Source: an uncultured Acidimicrobiales bacterium | GTDB lineage: Bacteria; Actinomycetota; Acidimicrobiia; Acidimicrobiales; RAAP-2 | Direction of reading: 5' to 3' | Assembly (NCBI GenBank): GCA_963747825.1 | Contig: CAVVGQ010000009.1 | Coordinates: forward strand, 438,881-502,880 | Length of the DNA stretch: 64,000 nucleotides | Shown here: one piece after another, positions 40,470 through 49,707 of the stretch | Numbering within the stretch: the first letter of the stretch is position 1 | Layout of the letters: each line of letters opens with the position of its first letter | Notes under the pieces: generated by a model | Told to the model about the DNA's origin: nothing | The model's database searches: none | The model's input: the letters and a program-made list of their open reading frames with translations, nothing else | Made by a program: the position numbers and the translations under genes

Positions 40470-40781
40470 ATGGTGAATCCATCGGATCGACCTCGCCACG
40501 ACCACCATCACGCCGGAGTGGCGAGAGACCGGGCCATGGTCCGGGTTCGTCGGATCACGGTCGCCATCGGGATCGCGGCCACGTCGGCCGCGATAGGCCT
40601 CGGCGTCGTGGTCGCCGGTGACAGTGGTGCCCGTGCCGCATCAGTGTCGGCCCGGACGACCCCGTCCACGTCGAGCGCTTCCGGTTCGACCACGTCCTCG
40701 GGTTCGACCCCGTCCACGTCCTCGGGCTCGTCGGTGACAACCACCACCACCACACCCGTCACCGTTTCCGGACAGACATGA
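40470..40781 (+). CDS. small membrane-anchored Ser/Thr-rich protein
   Basis: 103 aa. One TM helix (ITVAIGIAATSAAIGLGVVVAG), then a low-complexity S/T tract ending TTTTTPVTVSGQT. Its stop overlaps the ApbE start (ATGA). Confidence 0.5.
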   Translation: MVNPSDRPRHDHHHAGVARDRAMVRVRRITVAIGIAATSAAIGLGVVVAGDSGARAASVSARTTPSTSSASGSTTSSGSTPSTSSGSSVTTTTTTPVTVSGQT

Positions 40782-41803
40782 GCGAGCAATCGGTCGGCAG
40801 TGCGGCGGATGGCGCCGGACCGGACACCCATGCTCCTCCCGCCACCCGCTCCATGAGGGCCATTGGCACCACGGTGGCGGTAGCAGTGACCTCGGCGGCT
40901 GTGGTCGATCAGGCGTTGGTATTGTTGGCCCAGGACCTCCGAGACCTGGACGAGGCCTGCAGCCGGTTCCGTGACGACTCCGAGCTCCGGCGGGTCGAAC
41001 GGGACGGGGCTGGCCACCCCGTGGTGGTGGGCCCCCTGCTGTACCAACTGCTCGAGGTATCGCGGTCGGTGGCCGTCCTGACCGCAGGCATCGTCGATCC
41101 GACCGTCGGTTCGGCGCTCGTCGAGCTCGGTTACGACCGCGACTTCGACCAGCTCGAAGAAGTTGAGACGAAGGGTGACCTCCGACTCGAACCGGCTCCG
41201 GGTTGGTGGCAGATCCGGCTGGACCCGGAGCGTCGCTCGGTCTCAGTTCCCCCGGGAGTCCGGGTCGATCTCGGTTCGACCGCAAAATCCTTCGCCGCCG
41301 ACCGGGCTGCAGGTCGTATTTCGAAAGCGCTCGGCTGCGGGGTACTGGTCAACCTGGGCGGCGACATCGCCGTGAACGGTCCGACCCCACCTGGCGGCTG
41401 GGCCGTCGGCATCGCACCAACGTGCACCACGTCGCTCGACGCCGTCGACGAGGTGGTGGCCATCTCGGCCGGTGGACTGGCCAGCTCCGGGACCACCGCC
41501 CGGTCGTGGGTCCGAAACGGCCGCACCGTCCATCACGTCATCGACCCGTGGACCGGTGACGCGGCGCGACCCGTATGGTCACTCGTCTCCGCCACCGCCC
41601 CGAGCTGCGTGGAGGCCAACGCCTGGACCACCGCCGCGCTGGTCTGGGGTGACGACGCGGTTGGAAATCTCTCCGGCCTCGGGGTCTGTGCCCGTCTGGT
41701 GCGTGCCGACGGGTACGTGGTGCGGGTCGGGGAGTGGCCGACCGATGCCGCTGACGAAACGGCTGCCCCAGGCGGGCGCCGGGTCGAAGAGATGGCGTCG
41801 TGA
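40778..41803 (+). CDS. apbE: FAD:protein FMN transferase (ApbE family)
   Basis: MRAIGTTV first strand, GSTAKSFAADRAA, SSGTTARSW...HHVIDPWTG. No hydrophobic signal peptide or lipobox before the first conserved strand. Confidence 0.85.
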   Translation: MSEQSVGSAADGAGPDTHAPPATRSMRAIGTTVAVAVTSAAVVDQALVLLAQDLRDLDEACSRFRDDSELRRVERDGAGHPVVVGPLLYQLLEVSRSVAVLTAGIVDPTVGSALVELGYDRDFDQLEEVETKGDLRLEPAPGWWQIRLDPERRSVSVPPGVRVDLGSTAKSFAADRAAGRISKALGCGVLVNLGGDIAVNGPTPPGGWAVGIAPTCTTSLDAVDEVVAISAGGLASSGTTARSWVRNGRTVHHVIDPWTGDAARPVWSLVSATAPSCVEANAWTTAALVWGDDAVGNLSGLGVCARLVRADGYVVRVGEWPTDAADETAAPGGRRVEEMAS

Positions 41804-42471
41804 TGGTTGCCTCAGCGTCACCGACGCTCTGGTACACCACCCGCGCCACCGGCATCGTGGCCCTGGTCCTTCTCACCGCCACCGTGGTGTTGGGGGTCCT
41901 TACTGCCGGACGCTGGAAAACCCGGTCGTGGCCGGCGTTCGCCCAGGGGGACCTCCACAAGCGGGTCTCGATCTTGGCCATGGTGTTCCTGACCATCCAT
42001 GTGCTCACCGCCGTTGTCGACACGTACGTTCACGTCGGTTGGCCCTCGGTCATCGTGCCGTTCACCTCCTCGTATCGGCCACTGTGGACGGGGCTCGGTA
42101 CCGTGGGGGTCGATCTGCTGGTGGCCGTGGCCGTCTCGAGTGCGTTGCGCCAGCGGATCAGCGCCCGTACCTGGCGCGGCATCCACTGGGTGGCGTACGG
42201 CAGTTGGCCGGTGGCCATGGCCCACTCGCTGGGGGAGGGCACCGACGCGTCAAGGCCGTGGATGGTCGGCCTGGCGGCCGGGTGTTCGGTGGCGGTGATC
42301 GCATCAGTGATCTGGCGGATCATCGACCACGTGCGGGCCAAGGAGCTGGCTGTCAGCGTCGGCGCCACCACCCGGGCCGTGGCAACCTCTGGCGCTGCCC
42401 CTTCCACTGTGGCCGCGGCCCGCCCCGCTCCGGTGTCCGCGGCCCGCCTGCTCGAAAGGGATCTACGGTGA
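41800..42471 (+). CDS. ferric reductase-like / MsrQ-like transmembrane haem-b protein
   Basis: About six TM helices with four conserved-looking His residues (LHKRV, TIHVL, IHWVAY, MAHSL). GTGA overlap with apbE. Confidence 0.75.
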   Translation: MMVASASPTLWYTTRATGIVALVLLTATVVLGVLTAGRWKTRSWPAFAQGDLHKRVSILAMVFLTIHVLTAVVDTYVHVGWPSVIVPFTSSYRPLWTGLGTVGVDLLVAVAVSSALRQRISARTWRGIHWVAYGSWPVAMAHSLGEGTDASRPWMVGLAAGCSVAVIASVIWRIIDHVRAKELAVSVGATTRAVATSGAAPSTVAAARPAPVSAARLLERDLR

Positions 42472-43790
42472 GCACGGCCACGCTGGGAACTCAGGTCCGA
42501 CTGCTGGCGGCGGCGGTCCCCGGTTCGACGAATGACCTGTCCACCCACCGCTCGGTCCACGGGCCGTTACCGGTTCCATCGGGCCGAGACCGATCCTGGT
42601 CCGATGGCATCTACCGGGCGGTGGCCGAATCCGGTCTGCTGGGACGGGGCGGTGCCGGATTCCCGGCCGTGGTCAAGTGGGATGTCGTCCGGCGGGCCAC
42701 GAGCCCCACCCACGCGCCGCGCTCAGCTCGCCGGCCCTGGTTGGTGGTCGATGCCATGGAGGGCGAGCCGGCCAGTGCCAAAGACGGCGTCCTCCTTGCC
42801 CACGCGCCCCACCTCGTGCTGGACGGCGCCGAGACCGTCGCCGCCGTCATCGGTGCCACCGAGATCATTCTCTGTGTGGCCGACGACAACACCACCGCGG
42901 CCATGGCGGTCGAGTCGGCCATGGCCGAGCGGGCCCGGTCCGAAAAGTCCGGGATGCGGTTCTCCCTGCAGCGACCTCCGGCCGGCTACGTGGCCGGCGA
43001 GGAATCGGCACTGGTCAACTGGTTGGCCTCCGATCGGTCGCTTCCCTTCCTCCGGACCGACAAATCGATGCCGCTCTCCGTCGGCCGGCGCCCGACACTG
43101 GTCCACAATGCCGAGACGCTGGCCCAGGTGGCACTCATCGCCAGGCACGGGCCGGGTTGGTTCCGGAGTGTGGGTACGGCCGAGGCGCCCGGTACCACCC
43201 TGGTCACGGTCACAGGTGCGGTCCGGTCGCCCGGGGTGATCGAGGTCGAGCTCGGAACACCGATCACCGACATGCTGGCACGGGTCGCGGCCGGCTCCGA
43301 GGTCTCGGGGGTACTGGTGGGTGGGTACGGTGGCGGCTGGATCGGTGCATCGCGATTGGGCATTCCCTATGCCCCGGGGCCCCTGGCCGCGGCCGGCGCC
43401 ACCCACGGCGTGGGGGTAGTGGTTGCGCTCCCGTCCACGTCCTGTGGAATCGCCGAGACGGCGAGGATCGTTCGCTACCTGGCCGGTCAGAGCTCGGGTC
43501 AGTGCGGACCCTGCGTCTTCGGCTTGCCGGCCATCGCCGGTGACATGGAGCAGCTCTGGTCCGGCCGAGCAGACGCCGACGTGCTCGATCGCATCGAGCG
43601 ACGCTCGGCCCGAGTCGACGGCCGAGGGGCATGCCACCACCCGGACGGGGTGGCGCGATTGGTGCGGTCGGCTATGGCCGTGTTCGCGGCCGATGCTCAC
43701 GCCCATGCTCAGGGTCGTCCCTGTCCCGGGCACGCGGCGCCGACCGTTCTGACTCTCCCGCCGTCGACGGCAACATCGGGGGTGCCGTGA
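42468..43790 (+). CDS. NuoF-like protein (NADH:quinone oxidoreductase subunit F FMN and Fe-S region homologue)
   Basis: GLLGRGGAGFPAVVKW, MEGEPASAKD, YVAGEESALVNWL, LVHNAETLAQV, GQCGPCVFG. GTG at 42468 overlaps the upstream stop. The 5' part of the 772-aa track ORF is rejected. Confidence 0.8.
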   Translation: MSTATLGTQVRLLAAAVPGSTNDLSTHRSVHGPLPVPSGRDRSWSDGIYRAVAESGLLGRGGAGFPAVVKWDVVRRATSPTHAPRSARRPWLVVDAMEGEPASAKDGVLLAHAPHLVLDGAETVAAVIGATEIILCVADDNTTAAMAVESAMAERARSEKSGMRFSLQRPPAGYVAGEESALVNWLASDRSLPFLRTDKSMPLSVGRRPTLVHNAETLAQVALIARHGPGWFRSVGTAEAPGTTLVTVTGAVRSPGVIEVELGTPITDMLARVAAGSEVSGVLVGGYGGGWIGASRLGIPYAPGPLAAAGATHGVGVVVALPSTSCGIAETARIVRYLAGQSSGQCGPCVFGLPAIAGDMEQLWSGRADADVLDRIERRSARVDGRGACHHPDGVARLVRSAMAVFAADAHAHAQGRPCPGHAAPTVLTLPPSTATSGVP

Positions 43791-44020
43791 GCTCGGCCTC
43801 CAGACGTACCGCCGTCCGCCTGCGGGTGAACCCGATTGCCTGTGACGCGTACGGATACTGCGCCGAGCTCCTGCCCGAACGGGTGACACTCGACGAATGG
43901 GGGTATCCCATCGTCGACGGTTCCCCGGTGCCCGGGGATCTGGTGGACCTGGCCACCCGGGCCGCGGCCGAATGCCCCCGCCGGGCGGTGCTTCTCGAAG
44001 TGGTGCCCGTCGTGCGCTGA
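43787..44020 (+). CDS. small ferredoxin
   Basis: 77 aa with VNPIACDAYGYCAELLPE...ECPRRAV (single-cluster ferredoxin pattern). GTGA overlap with the upstream gene. Confidence 0.7.
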   Translation: MSSASRRTAVRLRVNPIACDAYGYCAELLPERVTLDEWGYPIVDGSPVPGDLVDLATRAAAECPRRAVLLEVVPVVR

Positions 44021-44328
44021 AGATGCGCTCGGGCCTTCGACCCCGACCTGACAGCGGAGTGGAGACCGGAGTCACCATGGGTGGCCGGGATGTGCCGCTG
44101 GGTGGCCCGGCCTGCCTCGCCTGCCGGCCTCTAGCCCCACCCCAGGGTCTCCCAGCCCCCGACAGCCACACGGTCCGGCCTGCTCGGAGGTGATTTCTCC
44201 GGACTCTGACCGGTGCCCCTAAAGCCGGGAATGATTGCGGGAACAACATGTTGCACTAGCCATGCAGATCCTCAATGTCCCTTCGGGCTTGAGATTGCAC
44301 TGGGGCGATCGGAACGCGCTCGCGGACC

Positions 44329-45109
44329 GTGGCGGCCAGGGCCTTGGTTATCGGGGGAGTGGTCGCCTACAACTGGTGGGTGGTGGTGCCCTTCGTGCCC
44401 GGCTTGATGCCGTCGGTCAACGGCTTCTTCTCCGATCTCGAGGTTGCCGGGAGGCCCTATGCGGCGTTGATGTCGGACGCCGACATGCTGGCCGGCGTGT
44501 TGCTGACGGCCGCCCTGCTGCTCCGGGGCGCCCACGCTCAGGGTGGGCCGCGACAGGAGTGGAAGTGGATGGTGGCCTTCGCAATCGCCGGCGGCATCGG
44601 CGGTCGGTTCCCCTATGCCTGTTCGGAGGGCCTCAGCGCCGCGTGCCGACAGATGGAGTGGCATCTGCAGCTGCCCGTGCACCACTACGTGCACGTGGTA
44701 TCGGGGATCGCCGAGTTCGCCACGCTGACCACCGCCGCCGTCATCGCCATGCGGAGGACGCAGACGGGCTGGCGCGCCCGTAGCCCGGCTGTACGCCTGG
44801 GTGGTGAGGCCCTACTGGTCGGCTACCCGTTGCTCGGCATGGTGTACCTCACCGACCGCCTGGGCACATTGGTCGAGCCCGATCTTCTTCGTGGCCTTCT
44901 CGGTGATGGTGATGGTCGAAGTGTTCGAGCCGACAGGGCCGAGGCCAGGTTCGCGGCCAATCGACTTGGTCCGGTCAGTTGGCGGCACGAGGATCGACCA
45001 CCTGATACCAGTCACGTTCCCTGACGACGGGACCGGGGCGAAAACGCACGACGGGAGGCCGGTTCTGACCCACATGGCGTGGTCCGTAGCAACCACGGAT
45101 TGCCGGTAA
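44329..45109 (+). pseudogene. DUF998-like membrane protein, apparent frameshift near 44875-44885
   Basis: The hydrophobic reading (LGTLVEP then IFFVAFSVMVMVEVF) continues in the frame of ORF 44801..45109. The 3' end is uncertain. Confidence 0.4.
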
Positions 45110-45270
45110 CCGGGGGCGGCGCCAACGGTCGCGAATCGGCGGTTTGCGCCAACGACCCTCGGTTGCGCCTAGGGTTGTGGGGTCATCGACCCAATCACGC
45201 GGGCCGGTGCATGTAGGGCTTCACAATGGATCCCCGCGTTACCGTGCGTGAATTTCAAGGAGACACAGTT

Positions 45271-45474
45271 ATGGGTGTAGGTGCAGTGAAGTGGTTCAAC
45301 GCCGAAAAGGGCTTCGGATTTATCACGCCTGACGGCGGCGGGGATGATCTCTTCGTTCACCAGTCGGAGATCCAGATGGAGGGCTTCCGCGATCTCGCGG
45401 AAGGCCAGCGTGTGGAGTTCGAGACCAAGCAGGGCCAAAAGGGCCTGCAGGCGAGCCAGGTCCGCAAGATCTGA
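45271..45474 (+). CDS. cspA: cold-shock protein (CspA family)
   Basis: RNP1 [12 protein letters not shown] and RNP2 LFVHQS. AAGGAG lies 8 nt upstream of the ATG at 45271. Confidence 0.95.
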   Translation: MGVGAVKWFNAEKGFGFITPDGGGDDLFVHQSEIQMEGFRDLAEGQRVEFETKQGQKGLQASQVRKI

Positions 45475-45476
45475 GT

Positions 45477-45536
45477 CCGCACCCTGTCGGGTGTCGGCCC
45501 TACGCTCCTGTCGGTAATCCGATCGGGAGCGCAGGG
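45477..45536. terminator. two adjacent GC-rich hairpins between convergent cspA and rpf (candidate bidirectional terminator)
   Basis: Hairpin 1: CCGCACCC-tgtc-GGGTGTCGG. Hairpin 2: CCCTACGCTCC...TCGG-taat-CCGA...GGAGCGCAGGG (about 14 pairs, one mismatch). No U-tract. Confidence 0.5.
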
Positions 45537-45597
45537 TCGGCATCCTGCAGCCGCGTCGGCTCGTCGAGAGTTCGGGCGCGGGAGATACAACGTGCCG

Positions 45598-46215
45598 CTA
45601 CCAGCCTCGGCAGCCGTCTTGGTCCGGTGGCGAAGACTGGATGCGTTCCGCCACCATGATCTGCTCGTCCTCGGTGGCCTCCGCTCCCTCGGGAGCGAAC
45701 TCGGTTCCACCATAGGCATCCCAGTTGGCGCGGCTGATGCCCAGCCCGCCACTGAAGGCTCCTCCGTCGGAAGTCCAACTTCCACCTTCCTCGCACATCG
45801 CTACCCGTTCCCATGCTGCCCGCTGCGCGGGGGTCACTGTGTCCACGGGACCGGCCGGCACGGCCGGTGCGGCCGCCGGGGCGGCCGGAGTGACCGGAGT
45901 GACCGCTGGCGGGGGAGCTGACACCGGAGCCGGGGCGGGAGCCGGAGCCGGTTGGTGGAGAAGCAGCGCTCCTCCAAGACCGAATGCAAGGTTGGACCCA
46001 TCCGGAGAAAGGTTGGACCCATCCGGAGAAGAGCGCGACACCGCCAGGCTGCGGTACGCGATCAACTGATCGGGTGGGAGTGGTGAACTGTTGACGGCCG
46101 ATCCCGAAGACGAGGTCGGTACAGCCCCGGTGGACTGCACGGTGGCAGCCTCGAGGATGCTTACGGTGATGACGGCGATCGGAATGATCGCAACGAGTGC
46201 AATGCGGGTCCGCAC
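45598..46215 (-). CDS. rpf: resuscitation-promoting factor (Rpf transglycosylase-like domain) protein
   Basis: C-terminal WERVAMCEEGGSWTSDGG..GGLGISRANWDAYGG. N-terminal TM/signal segment. GGGAGG RBS before the GTG at 46215. Confidence 0.85.
   Translation of the reverse strand: MRTRIALVAIIPIAVITVSILEAATVQSTGAVPTSSSGSAVNSSPLPPDQLIAYRSLAVSRSSPDGSNLSPDGSNLAFGLGGALLLHQPAPAPAPAPVSAPPPAVTPVTPAAPAAAPAVPAGPVDTVTPAQRAAWERVAMCEEGGSWTSDGGAFSGGLGISRANWDAYGGTEFAPEGAEATEDEQIMVAERIQSSPPDQDGCRGW
45990..46031. repeat. 21-bp tandem duplication inside rpf (encodes SPDGSNL twice)
   Basis: ggttggacccatccggagaaa is followed by ggttggacccatccggagaag. Confidence 0.95.
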
Positions 46216-46640
46216 GGCACCTCCCTTCGTAGGGCGCGCGATGGCGCCTTCCTCTGCTCGGTGTTGGCGGGCTCCGGCCTCTGCATACGATCCCCGGACG
46301 GCGAGCGGAAAGGCATCGTCCGTCCTGGCTCCACGCCGTAAGGTGTGCGGCCGGTGTTAGTTACGCCCAGTAGTGCGTCGTGGGTGCATCACTCGTTTCT
46401 GTTCGGTTCAGGTCATCCCTGCCACGTTGAACCGGTTGCCGGTCCACGTGTGCTCCGGCAACGTTCCGTTACCGTCCTCCGCGCTGCCCTCCGAGGACCG
46501 GGACTGCTCCCAATAGGAGGTAGTACCGGTCCGGCATCGACGTGATTTGGGGAGCATAGCCGGTTCCGGTGGTCGTTCTGTGGGCGACCCCAGAAGTAGG
46601 GACTGAACAGGACGGATGTCTGAGAATTCCGCAAGTACAG
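46216..46640 (-). promoter_or_regulatory. long non-coding leader upstream of rpf; candidate structured RNA (c-di-AMP/ydaO-type riboswitch to be tested)
   Basis: About 700 nt without a convincing ORF lie between the mftF stop and the rpf start. Minus-strand reading contains GGGGUCGCCCA, GGGAUGACCUGAACCGAAC and GUAACUAACACCGG...CUUACGGCG. These only partly resemble ydaO core blocks. Confidence 0.3.
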
Positions 46641-46922
46641 ATGGCTACTATCTGTTATTTAGATACCAGGTCTTGACCGGGTTCTTTATGCCATTTCTCA
46701 GGCCGCCATCCGACCGGGCGCAGTGCCCCGGCCGGGATCGGGTCAATCGCCGGTCTCGACCCCACTCCGGCGGAACGAGGGGGTCAATGGGGCGATGGTG
46801 CGGGCGGAGAGGCACCCGAACCACACGCCGGCCCCGTAGGCGACATCGTCGGCAACCGAGGCTGCGACCCAGCGCAGCGGATCGAGCCGCGGTCGCCGTC
46901 GCCACCAGTCGGCCCGGTGGTG

Positions 46923-48158
46923 TCAGGACCATGAGGCACACGCCAACCGCCTCCGCCTGCCGCCGAGGCCGGCGGCGACCAGCGCGGGCCAGGCCAGCAT
47001 GGTGACGGCCCGGCCGATGCCGACCACCGTCCAGCCGGCGCCCCCGGCGCTCCAGCGCAGCGTCTGTCCGAGGGGGATGCCGTGGCGCCCGAGATCCGGT
47101 GCAGCGCCACTGTCGCCATCATCAGCGCCACCACGGCCAGTCCGGGGGCGCCCGACGAGGATGGCCGCCGCCACCGCGGCCGGCCACGGCCGCAGCTCGA
47201 CCGGGGCCAGGCGGCCGCGGTGGCGCCGGGCCAGGGGACCGGCCGAGGTGCCGTAGCGGAACCGGCGGGCCAACAGCCCCCCCCACGAGTCCGGCTCGCG
47301 GTGGCGCACGGTGACCGACGGCTCGTAGCGGACCCGCCAGCCGGCCGCCACCAGGCGCCAGACCAGGTCGACGTCCTCGCCGACCCTCAGGTCCGGATCG
47401 AAGCCGATCGGCAAGACGGCGGTCGCGGGCCACCAGGGCCGCGGTGGGCACGTAGCGGACCAGCCGGCCGGGGCCGACCTCGCTCGGGTCGGGGCCCAGG
47501 TCGAGCGCGCGACCGGCGTCGGAGTACCGGTCGAGCACCGACCCGCCGGGTCCGGGACGCCGGCCGCCGGACGGATTCGGGGCGCCACCGCTCCGATCGT
47601 CGGGTCGTCGAAGTGGCGAACCAGAGGGGCCAGCCAGCCCGGGTCGACCGCGCAGTCGCTGTCCACGAAGGCGACCAGCTCGGTGTCGATGACGGCCAGG
47701 GCGTCGTTGCGGGCGGCGCCGGGACCTCCGTTGACCGGGCGCCGGATCAGCCGGGCCCCGTGTCGTCCGCACACCCCGGCCACCGACTCCGGGTCGTCCG
47801 AGCCGTCGTCGACCACCACCACCGTGTCGACCGGCCCCCAACGAGCCGAGACACCGGTCGAGATCGCCGACTCGGTCCCGCACCGGCACCACCACCGTCA
47901 CGCCGGTCGGCTGCCGGTCCCGGCGGGTCTGCGACCGGCCGGGGGTGGGCCAGCCCGCCTTCACCAGGCGTGCTCCCAGCCGCCGGGCGCCCCGGTGGTG
48001 CCGGTCGTCCGGCTACCAGCGAATCGAGGGCGTCGACGCCCGCCCGAGCTGAGGGTCATCAGCCGGCCCGGGTGGCCGCCGACCAGCACCCGTCCCCGGT
48101 CGAAGGTCCGGACCGACCGGTCGAGGTCGAGTCCGAACCCTTCCGGGAGCCCGGTCAC
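46923..48158 (-). pseudogene. mftF: mycofactocin system glycosyltransferase, several frame breaks
   Basis: N-terminus VTGLPEGFGLDLDRSVRTFDRGRVLVGGHPGRL. GT2 core VTVVVPVRDR, VVVVDDGSDD, VAFVDSDC, GEDVDLVWRL. Pieces are spread over three frames (ORFs 46923..47822, 47122..47964, 47961..49682). Confidence 0.8.
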
Positions 48159-49004
48159 AACGAGAGGCCGCCGTCCACGGGGATGACCGCACCGGTCAAG
48201 CCACTGCTGTCGGGGCCGGCCAGCCACACCAGCGCCGCCGCCACCTCCTCGGGGCGCAGCAGGCGCTTGACCGGCTGCTGGTCGGCGAACGTGCCGGTGC
48301 CTCTCGAGCCCGTAGAGCCGGGCGCTCTCGTCCAGGATGGCGGTGGCCGTCGACCCGGGGCTGATGGCGTTGGCGGTGACCCCGGAGTCGGCCAGCTCGG
48401 CGGCCAGCCCCCGGACCAGACCGGCCACCCCGGCCTTGGCCGCACCGTAGGCGGCAAGCATGGGCAGTCCCCGGGTGGCCGCGGCCGAGGCCACGGCCAG
48501 GAACCGCCCTGACCGCGGTGCCGGTCGGCGGAGCAGGGCCGGAATCCCCACCCGGGCCGCGGTGATGGGCCCCCCGAGGTCCACGTCCAGCACCGCGCCG
48601 AGCTGGTCGGCGGGCATCTCCCAGAGCGGGACGCCGCCGGCGATGACCCCGGCCACCGCCACCATGGCGTCGAGACCTCCGAACCGCTCCTCGGCCATCG
48701 GCCACCGACGGCGCCCAGCGCCTCGGGATCGGTGGCGTCGGCCAGTGGGCCACGATCCGGTCCCGCTGGTCGGCCCGACTCCGACGACGCCGGTCCGGGC
48801 GAGACGGCCAGGGCCGATGGCGACCACGGCGTCGAGCTCGGCTCGGGTGCCCATGGGGTAGGGGAGCCGGGGGTCGTCGGAGGCCGCGGTCGACCGCCAC
48901 CACCGACCAGCCGGCCGCGGCCAGACCCCGGACGGTGGCGGCGCCGATGCCCCGGGCGGCACCGGTGACCACGGCGACCCGGATTCAACGCGGCCACCTG
49001 GCAC
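48155..49004 (-). pseudogene. mycofactocin-coupled SDR family oxidoreductase, several frame breaks
   Basis: GRVESG.AVVTGAARGIG, DDPRLPYPMGT, and the catalytic region AAYGAAKAGVAGL. The tail GAVIPVDGGLSL is in a third frame. Confidence 0.75.
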
Positions 49005-49707
49005 CCCGATGGCGGCGGCCGTCCGCCGAGCCGCACCGGCCGTGCCCACCAGGTCGTCGACGGCCTGGTCGAGCAGGCGCCGGCCCTCGTCGGCGCTGGC
49101 GCCGGCCGGGTCGCCGAGCACGCCGTTGGCGCTCACCGACCGGACGCCCCGGTCCCGGAGGATCGGGGCAGGAGGGCATCGAGGGGCCGCGGGTCGCCGG
49201 CCTCGGCCCGGTCGAGGCGGACCCGGTCGGGGGCGATGGCCAACATCAGGGAGGTCTCGGTCCGGCCGGCGTGGAGGTCGCCCGACCACGACGGCGACCA
49301 GGCCGAGACCGGATGCCCCTCCTCGGCCAGGCGCTCCATGGCCCGAGCCAGGGGAGCGGCGTTGCCGCCGTGGGCCGAGACCACCACGACGTGGGCGAAG
49401 TCGATGACGGCCGACCGGCCCAGCTCGACCAGGAGGAGCTCGGTGGCGTCCTGGCCGATGGAGAGCGTGCCGGGGAAGCCCTGGTGCTCGCCGCTGGCGC
49501 CGTAGGCCACCGGCGGGGCCACCAGCAGGCGGTCGTGGCGGGCCGCGGCCCCCTCGGCGATGGCCACGGCGATGTCGGTGTCGGTGGTCACCGGCAGATG
49601 GGGGCCGTGCTGTTCGGTCGAGCCCAGGGGGACGAGCGAGGACCTCGTCGGCCGCTCGGCCCGTCGGGCCAGGTCCGGCCACGAGGCACCAGTGCGAGAC
49701 GGGTCAC
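48985..49707 (-). pseudogene. mftE: mycofactocin biosynthesis peptidyl-dipeptidase (creatininase family), at least one frame break; ends approximate
   Basis: LVPLGSTEQHGPHLPVTTDTDIA, VVSAHGGN, HAGRTETS. The C-terminal VSANGVLGDPAGASADEG is in another frame. Confidence 0.75.

Noticed and set aside
41472-42467. 5' two-fifths of the 772-aa ORF 41472..43790
   Set aside because: It overlaps apbE and the ferric-reductase-like gene in another frame and is Arg/Pro/Gly-rich. The NuoF-like homology only begins after the GTG at 42468, which overlaps the upstream stop.
42723-44249. 508-aa minus-strand ORF antisense to the NuoF-like and ferredoxin genes
   Set aside because: This is a typical high-G+C shadow ORF with Arg/Pro/Gly-dominated composition, no motifs and complete overlap with well-supported plus-strand genes. 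The same reasoning applies to 25057..26424, 26962..28326, 34302..35744, 56239..57534, 7219..8259, 3913..5058, 20600..21859 and 22414..23775.
47961-49682. 573-aa ORF spanning mftF, the SDR and mftE; likewise the 569-aa ORF 60092..61801
   Set aside because: These are chimeric read-throughs. Only short internal stretches carry real homology (SDR core, mftE tail, GNAT and nei fragments). The remainder is shadow-frame sequence joined by the local indels.
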